A DNA stretch of 64,000 nt. Source: an uncultured Elusimicrobium sp. (GTDB lineage Bacteria; Elusimicrobiota; Elusimicrobia; Elusimicrobiales; Elusimicrobiaceae). Positions 58,860 through 64,000 of the stretch are shown in pieces. The first letter of the stretch is position 1. The number at the start of each line of letters is the position of its first letter. The position numbers and the translations under genes were made by a program. The stretch covers positions 2,443 to 66,442 of the forward strand of contig CADBRU010000029.1 in the NCBI GenBank assembly GCA_902797165.1, read 5' to 3'. The notes beneath the pieces were generated by a model. The model was not told the origin of the DNA and did not search any database. It saw only the letters and a program-made list of their open reading frames with translations.

Positions 58860-60215
58860 ATGATGAAATGGCGTCAAAATCAGATTTATAAAATGGTGAA
58901 ATGGTTTTTGTTGTCCTCTATGATAGGCATTGTCGTGGGGATGGTGGATGCCGTGTTTTTAAAAATGTTGGACCATACCATTACTTGGCGAAACCACTTT
59001 CCGCTTTATTTTATCGGTTTACCTTTTGTCCTTTATTTGGTATATCTACTTGCACGGCGGGTATCTGCTCGCAATGCCGATTACTCTACCGATGACGTGA
59101 TTGACAAAATTAATGCGTATCAACCGGTTAGTTTTATTTCGGCGGTAAAAGCCTTAGGGCTTTCTTTACTCACGATCGGAGCGGGGGGATCGGCCGGTAA
59201 AGAGGCTCCGGGCGCAGATGCCGGAGCGGGCATTTCTTCTTGCTTAGCACAATTATTCAGAATGAGCCCCGAAGATAGGCACAAATTGATGATTTGCGGG
59301 GTAAGCGCGGGATTTGCTGGCGTGTTTGGCGTACCTATATCGGGTGCACTTTTTGGATTAGAAGTATTATGGGTGGGACATATTTTCTATGAAGTTATGT
59401 TCCCGGCGCTCATTGCCGGAATTACGTCCTTTCAAGTAACCACTTATTTAGGGGTTAATTATATTTATCACCCGATGCATTTTGAACCGGTAATTGCCGA
59501 GCAATTTTTCTTGAAAGTAGTGGTGGCGGGTGTCTTGTTTGGTTTAGTAGCCATTGTTTTTGCCGAAATATTAAAACTGATGAAAGTAGTATTTCGGTAT
59601 ATTGCCGTTAAGACCTCTCCGTTTTGGCGTAGTTTTATCGGGGGAGTCTTTTTGGTGTTGGTCGGCTTGTTTATTTCTCCTATGTATTTGGGGCTTGGCA
59701 TGGAAGGATTTAACGGTGTATTGGCCGGAGGGGAGTTGGCCAGTCCGCTCGGATTTTTGATTAAAACTCTTACTACCGCCGTTACCTTTGCCGCCGGAGG
59801 AGTAGGGGGGCTGATTACACCTATTTTCTTTATCGGGGCTCAGGCCGGAGCGGCGATGGCGGGTTGGCTGGGAACAGACCCTTCCACCATGGCTGCTTTG
59901 GGGCTGGTGGCCGTTTTGGCCGGTGCGGCAAATACTCCGTTGGCGGCCAGTATTATGGCCATTGAACTATTCGGTGCTGAAATTGCCCCGTATGCCACGG
60001 TGGCTTGTGTAATTAGTTTTCTGATAACGGGGCGTAACAGTATTTATCCGAGCCAACGTATTTCTTTTGATAAACAAAGTGACCAACAAATTAATGACCC
60101 TCGCCATGGACGGCGCATGTCGGGACGGAAAGGCTTGGTGTTAAAGACATTCAAAGATATGTCACGCCATTTAATTCCTAACCCAAAAGGTTTTGATAAT
60201 CAAAAAGACAAATGA
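58860..60215 (+). CDS. CLC-family anion channel/transporter
   Basis: GGSAGKEAP, AGFAGVFGVP..GALF..E, GG.GG..TP, AANTPLA, SIY; many TM helices. Confidence 0.88.
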   Translation: MMKWRQNQIYKMVKWFLLSSMIGIVVGMVDAVFLKMLDHTITWRNHFPLYFIGLPFVLYLVYLLARRVSARNADYSTDDVIDKINAYQPVSFISAVKALGLSLLTIGAGGSAGKEAPGADAGAGISSCLAQLFRMSPEDRHKLMICGVSAGFAGVFGVPISGALFGLEVLWVGHIFYEVMFPALIAGITSFQVTTYLGVNYIYHPMHFEPVIAEQFFLKVVVAGVLFGLVAIVFAEILKLMKVVFRYIAVKTSPFWRSFIGGVFLVLVGLFISPMYLGLGMEGFNGVLAGGELASPLGFLIKTLTTAVTFAAGGVGGLITPIFFIGAQAGAAMAGWLGTDPSTMAALGLVAVLAGAANTPLAASIMAIELFGAEIAPYATVACVISFLITGRNSIYPSQRISFDKQSDQQINDPRHGRRMSGRKGLVLKTFKDMSRHLIPNPKGFDNQKDK

Positions 60216-60241
60216 AAAACCCCGCCGAAAGCGGGGTTTTT
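60215..60241. terminator. Bidirectional terminator
   Basis: AAAAACCCCGC-cgaaa-GCGGGGTTTTT. Confidence 0.88.
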
Positions 60242-60254
60242 AAAATCAGATTGA

Positions 60255-60806
60255 CTAAGGTAACAAATATGCGTTGGCCGGAGTTTTTACATAACTGGTG
60301 GCGGCACTTTGTGTGTAATCTAAAGTTCCGCCCATACTTTTGCATACTTGGTTTGCTGCTTTATTGTTTTGTTCGGCCCAACATTCACGCCGACCGGGAT
60401 AAGTAGCATGATGATCTAAATATACTACATATTGCAGTTGGGTGTTGTTGCCATATCCATCCGTCCAAACGCCGGCCACAATATCGTGCGTGGCACTGGT
60501 ATTTTTTCCGCTGCTGTAAAAATTCATAAAAAAGTCTCTGCAAAAAATAACATCTCCGTGTGCATCGGTGGGGGTACAACCGCTGATTTCGTTAATATCA
60601 AAACCCGTCAAATCATTGGTGGGATAACTTCCGTTAGTTAAATAATACAGTTCCGCAGATTCTTTAATAGTGGCCACGGCGGGCATAACGGTTGCCAGTT
60701 TTGCTTTCAAGACGGCCACTTTATATTGCGGCAGCGCAATGGCAGACAAAATGCCGATAATTAAAACTACTACCAGTAGTTCAATGAGTGTAAAACCTTT
60801 TTTCAT
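60255..60806 (-). CDS. PilE-like type IV prepilin (copy 8)
   Basis: MKKG|FTLIELLVVVLIIGILSAIALPQY. Confidence 0.9.
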   Translation of the reverse strand: MKKGFTLIELLVVVLIIGILSAIALPQYKVAVLKAKLATVMPAVATIKESAELYYLTNGSYPTNDLTGFDINEISGCTPTDAHGDVIFCRDFFMNFYSSGKNTSATHDIVAGVWTDGYGNNTQLQYVVYLDHHATYPGRRECWAEQNNKAANQVCKSMGGTLDYTQSAATSYVKTPANAYLLP

Positions 60807-60833
60807 ACTTATTTCTCTCGGATAAATTTATTT

Positions 60834-61322
60834 TTAATCTCTAAAATCGGTTTCTTCCGCTTCCAAATGACGGGCAAATTCAGCCCATTGGTCGCGGCTG
60901 GCATCTAACTTTAAAATAAGCCCCGTATCGGAATATTCCGTAAAAGGTTTATCTGCCAAAATATTTTGGTCGAGTTTTATTTCCATACAAAACATCGTTT
61001 GACCGGGCAGTTCGCCGCGGCAGGCACAACCGATGGCATTTTTCGGTGCAAAGAAAATAGATACTTTGGGTTCAAGCATAATCCAGTTGTCCGGCGTGCC
61101 AGAGGATAGCACTTGCAAAATAAAAGTAGATAAATGATTGGATTGGGCATCCTTTAAAGCCACGAATTTTTCGGCAAATTCATCGGTAAAAAGGGGTACG
61201 TCTTTGAAATACAAGCCGATTTCGTATTCTACGCAAGGCTCCGAATTGCCGCTTTCAAACCAGCGGGAAATAGGAGTAATATCCAAATCTAAACCGTTTT
61301 TTCCGTAGGTGATGTGTGCCAT
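60834..61322 (-). CDS. Hypothetical protein
   Basis: 162-aa ORF with SD GAGGA in a minus-strand operon; no family recognised. Confidence 0.65.
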   Translation of the reverse strand: MAHITYGKNGLDLDITPISRWFESGNSEPCVEYEIGLYFKDVPLFTDEFAEKFVALKDAQSNHLSTFILQVLSSGTPDNWIMLEPKVSIFFAPKNAIGCACRGELPGQTMFCMEIKLDQNILADKPFTEYSDTGLILKLDASRDQWAEFARHLEAEETDFRD

Positions 61323-61331
61323 AAGTTCCTC

Positions 61332-61868
61332 TCATTTATAATAAATATCTTTTTTGGTTTCGTCGGTGGTTTCTTTTCCGCAAACTGCCTCTAAAATTGC
61401 AAATCCGAAATCGATGGCCGCCGCGGCGCTTTTGCCTGTAATAATCTGCCCGTCCGCTACGGCATAGTCGTCACAATAAGTACCGCCGAAATCTTCGTTC
61501 ATTGCGGTAAAACAGGTGTATTTTTTGCCTTTGAGTAGGCCCAAATGTCCTAAAATAGTGGGGCTTGCACAAATTGCGCAAACATATTTTCCACGTGCAT
61601 AAAAGTCGCGCAATAGGGCTAATACGTGGGCATTATCTTTAAGTTCATTATATTGCGGCCCGCCCGGCAAAATAATAGCGGCGTAATTGTCATCTTTAAA
61701 ATCAGCAAACGGTTTTAATTTGCTGCAATATAACCCAAACCGCCCGGTGGCTTGCTCCCCGCGCAAACTGTATACATCCACGTCCAGTCCGCCGCGGCGT
61801 AATATAGCAAATGAGCCAACGGTTTCCACTTCCTCAAATCCATTCGTAACGATCATGCAAACTTTCAT
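61332..61868 (-). CDS. DJ-1/PfpI (YajL/ThiJ-like) protein
   Basis: GFEEVE, ILPGG, AICASP, IITG. Confidence 0.9.
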   Translation of the reverse strand: MKVCMIVTNGFEEVETVGSFAILRRGGLDVDVYSLRGEQATGRFGLYCSKLKPFADFKDDNYAAIILPGGPQYNELKDNAHVLALLRDFYARGKYVCAICASPTILGHLGLLKGKKYTCFTAMNEDFGGTYCDDYAVADGQIITGKSAAAAIDFGFAILEAVCGKETTDETKKDIYYK

Positions 61869-63289
61869 TGGGCTGCCCCCTTATAATTTTTAATAATGAC
61901 GCCGGCCAGTATAGGATAAATACATAATAAAATAATTTTACCGCTCACGGTATCGTGCATTAAATGATTGGTCAGCAAAACAAGTACCGCCAAAATGCCC
62001 AGCAGTGTCAATTTTTTATATTGATAGGGTAGCGGATAGTTTTTGTGCGTGAAGATAAAAAGTGCCACGGCCATCGAAAAATAACTGGCGGCAACGGCCC
62101 ATCCCGCCCCTAAAATACCTAAATGAGGTACAAGCAGTAAGTTGGTGGAAATGCTGGTTAGGGCTCCCAGTAATGTAATCCACACCAAAACACGGGTGCG
62201 TTTTGTAATGACGGGGCCAACCATAAAATTGATATACAAGCCGTAAAAGAAATATCCCAGTAAAACCGGTGCAATAACGGATAGTCCGCCCCAATACTGC
62301 GGGGCAATTAAATGGAAATGTCCGAAGATATTGCTTTGAATAAGTGGCGGCATTAGTAAGGTTAGTCCCAGTAAAACCCACAAAGAAAATGCCACAAAAA
62401 ATGTGAGCACGCGCGCAAACAAAGGGCGTGCATTTTTGTCTTTGGCATGGGCTAAAAAGAAAGGCCGCCATGCTTGGTCAAACATAGACACAATGAGCAT
62501 CATAAATACGCCGATTTTGAAATTGGCTTGATAAATGCCCACGGAAGATAAGCCTACTAAATGTACCAAAATCGGTTTGTCTATTACGCTGACTAGCAAA
62601 CTGGCCAGCCCCGACGGTACAAAAGGCCAAGCAAAAGTCAGCATTTGCTTATGTAAAGTTTTATTGTACGGGACAAAACCGCCTTTTAATTCTTCCCACA
62701 CCACGGGAGATAATAGAAGTAGGGACATCAGCGAAGCAAAAATATTGGCCCAAAAAATGGAAGCCACTCCCTTTTTAAGTACGGCAATAAAGAACACGTT
62801 TCCCAGCACATTAACGACGATAGAAGCCGTACGCACTCCCGCAAAGTACCATGCGCGGCGCTGCAAGCGCAATTTGGTAAAAGGAATCATATTGAGCATA
62901 TCCAGCAGCAGTATCCAAATTGCTAAATGCAGTAGTTGTATATGATCTGCGCCGATACCGCTGATAACGGCCAGCGGTTTGGCAAAAAGGAACATCAGCA
63001 GCCCAAGTATCGAGCCGTAGCAAAGCAGTCCGTAAAAACAATGTTGGAAAACTTCTCTTTTTTGTTCGCTTTCACTGGCAAAGCGTAAATAACTTTGATC
63101 CATGCCGAATAGGAAAATGACATTGAGCAGCGCAATCAACGCAAACAGGGTGGCTACAACTCCGTAATCCGAAGTTACCAAATAATAAGTATAAAACGGA
63201 ACAAGACAAAAATTGAGCAGGCGCGCCACTACGGTAGACGTGCCATAAATTAAAGTTTCTTTTCCTAAACGGACAATATCATTTGCCAT
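61865..63289 (-). CDS. Polysaccharide flippase (Wzx/MOP family)
   Basis: LGKETLIYG..., P.YT, DYG, GMD, GIY.A..K, QAW.P; many TM helices. Confidence 0.82.
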   Translation of the reverse strand: MANDIVRLGKETLIYGTSTVVARLLNFCLVPFYTYYLVTSDYGVVATLFALIALLNVIFLFGMDQSYLRFASESEQKREVFQHCFYGLLCYGSILGLLMFLFAKPLAVISGIGADHIQLLHLAIWILLLDMLNMIPFTKLRLQRRAWYFAGVRTASIVVNVLGNVFFIAVLKKGVASIFWANIFASLMSLLLLSPVVWEELKGGFVPYNKTLHKQMLTFAWPFVPSGLASLLVSVIDKPILVHLVGLSSVGIYQANFKIGVFMMLIVSMFDQAWRPFFLAHAKDKNARPLFARVLTFFVAFSLWVLLGLTLLMPPLIQSNIFGHFHLIAPQYWGGLSVIAPVLLGYFFYGLYINFMVGPVITKRTRVLVWITLLGALTSISTNLLLVPHLGILGAGWAVAASYFSMAVALFIFTHKNYPLPYQYKKLTLLGILAVLVLLTNHLMHDTVSGKIILLCIYPILAGVIIKNYKGAAQ

Positions 63290-63295
63290 ATCATG

Positions 63296-63330
63296 AAAAA
63301 GCCCCGCGGCCGTCCGCGGGGCGGCTTATT
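63296..63330 (-). terminator. GC-rich hairpin between pnp and the flippase gene
   Basis: GCCCCGCGG-ccgt-CCGCGGGGC with T5 on the minus strand. Confidence 0.65.
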
Positions 63331-64000
63331 TTACAGTTTGGGTAAAATGGCTTCGAGTAAGTCTTTAAATTTACCCTCAATTTTTTTAGTTTCGGCAATC
63401 GTTTGGGCGTGAGACAAGGCCTCTTTGGCCAGTCCGCAGCCTAAATTGGTTACCCAAGTCAGTCCCAGCACTTGAATGCCGCATTGGCGCGCGGTTAATA
63501 CCTCCGGCACTACGCTCATACCGACCACGGTTGCCCCTAATTTTTGAAACGCTCTAATTTCGGACGGCGTTTCGAAATTCGGTCCGGTTACCGCGATATA
63601 AGCCCCTTCTTTGGCTTTGATTTTGAGTTTTTTGCACGCGTCTAAGGCAACCTTGCGCAAAGGTTTTGCATAGGCCTCGGACAAATCAAAAAACATGGGG
63701 CCAAACTCAGGTTCGTGATTGCCGATTAGCGGGTTATTGCACATAAAATTAATGTGGTCGTTCAGTACGCACAAAGAACCCGGCGTTAATTTAAGATCTA
63801 AAGACCCTACCGCGGCCGACACAATTAATTTTTGCACGCCCAGTTTGTACAAAGTGCGAATAGAAATGGCCAAATTTTTCATCGGATGCCCTTCGTAATA
63901 GTGAAAGCGGCCTTGCATGACAACTATTTTTTTGCCTTTGTAAACTCCGAAAATTAAATTGCCGCTATGTCCGGGTACGGTACTGCGCAAAAACCCGGGG
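63331..64000 (-). CDS. punA: Purine nucleoside phosphorylase (trimeric PunA/XapA type); 5' end outside the window
   Basis: STVPGH.G, QGRFHYYEG, DHIN, GP.FETP.E, VGMSVVPEV, TN. Confidence 0.92.
   Translation of the reverse strand, partial: PGFLRSTVPGHSGNLIFGVYKGKKIVVMQGRFHYYEGHPMKNLAISIRTLYKLGVQKLIVSAAVGSLDLKLTPGSLCVLNDHINFMCNNPLIGNHEPEFGPMFFDLSEAYAKPLRKVALDACKKLKIKAKEGAYIAVTGPNFETPSEIRAFQKLGATVVGMSVVPEVLTARQCGIQVLGLTWVTNLGCGLAKEALSHAQTIAETKKIEGKFKDLLEAILPKL

Overview
Chromosomal window from a bacterium of moderate GC content. It is most likely an Elusimicrobiota (Elusimicrobium/Avelusimicrobium-like) genome, inferred from eight dispersed PilE-type prepilin genes and a PfaA-like megasynthase. 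The backbone is housekeeping: malQ/MFS, ispE-spoVG-tRNA-Gln, trxA, polA-coaE-rho, rpmE-prfA-prmC-murA-folC-ddl, yebC-ruvCAB-spoIID-queA-tgt, cca, msrA, CLC, pnp and three tRNAs. No CRISPR, rRNA, integrase or transposase was seen. Standout observations: (1) a 3052-aa KS-AT-KS-ACPx4-KR-DH synthase in which all four ACPs have Thr instead of the phosphopantetheine-accepting Ser, translationally coupled to its own PPTase; (2) constant-N/variable-C pilin cassettes inserted among and into conserved operons, two of them sharing a ~90-bp promoter/leader with a variable poly-A tract (A12 vs A7) in the -35/-10 spacer, suggesting phase variation; (3) a winged-helix plus Lys/Ala/Pro-tail protein with linker-histone-like layout behind a tRNA; (4) a structured ~145-bp insert bracketed by a duplicated tRNA-Gln 3' end and terminator; (5) at least seven genes with a -10 box 6-7 nt before an SD-less ATG, suggesting leaderless mRNAs. 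All assignments come from motif recognition by eye; no searches were run.
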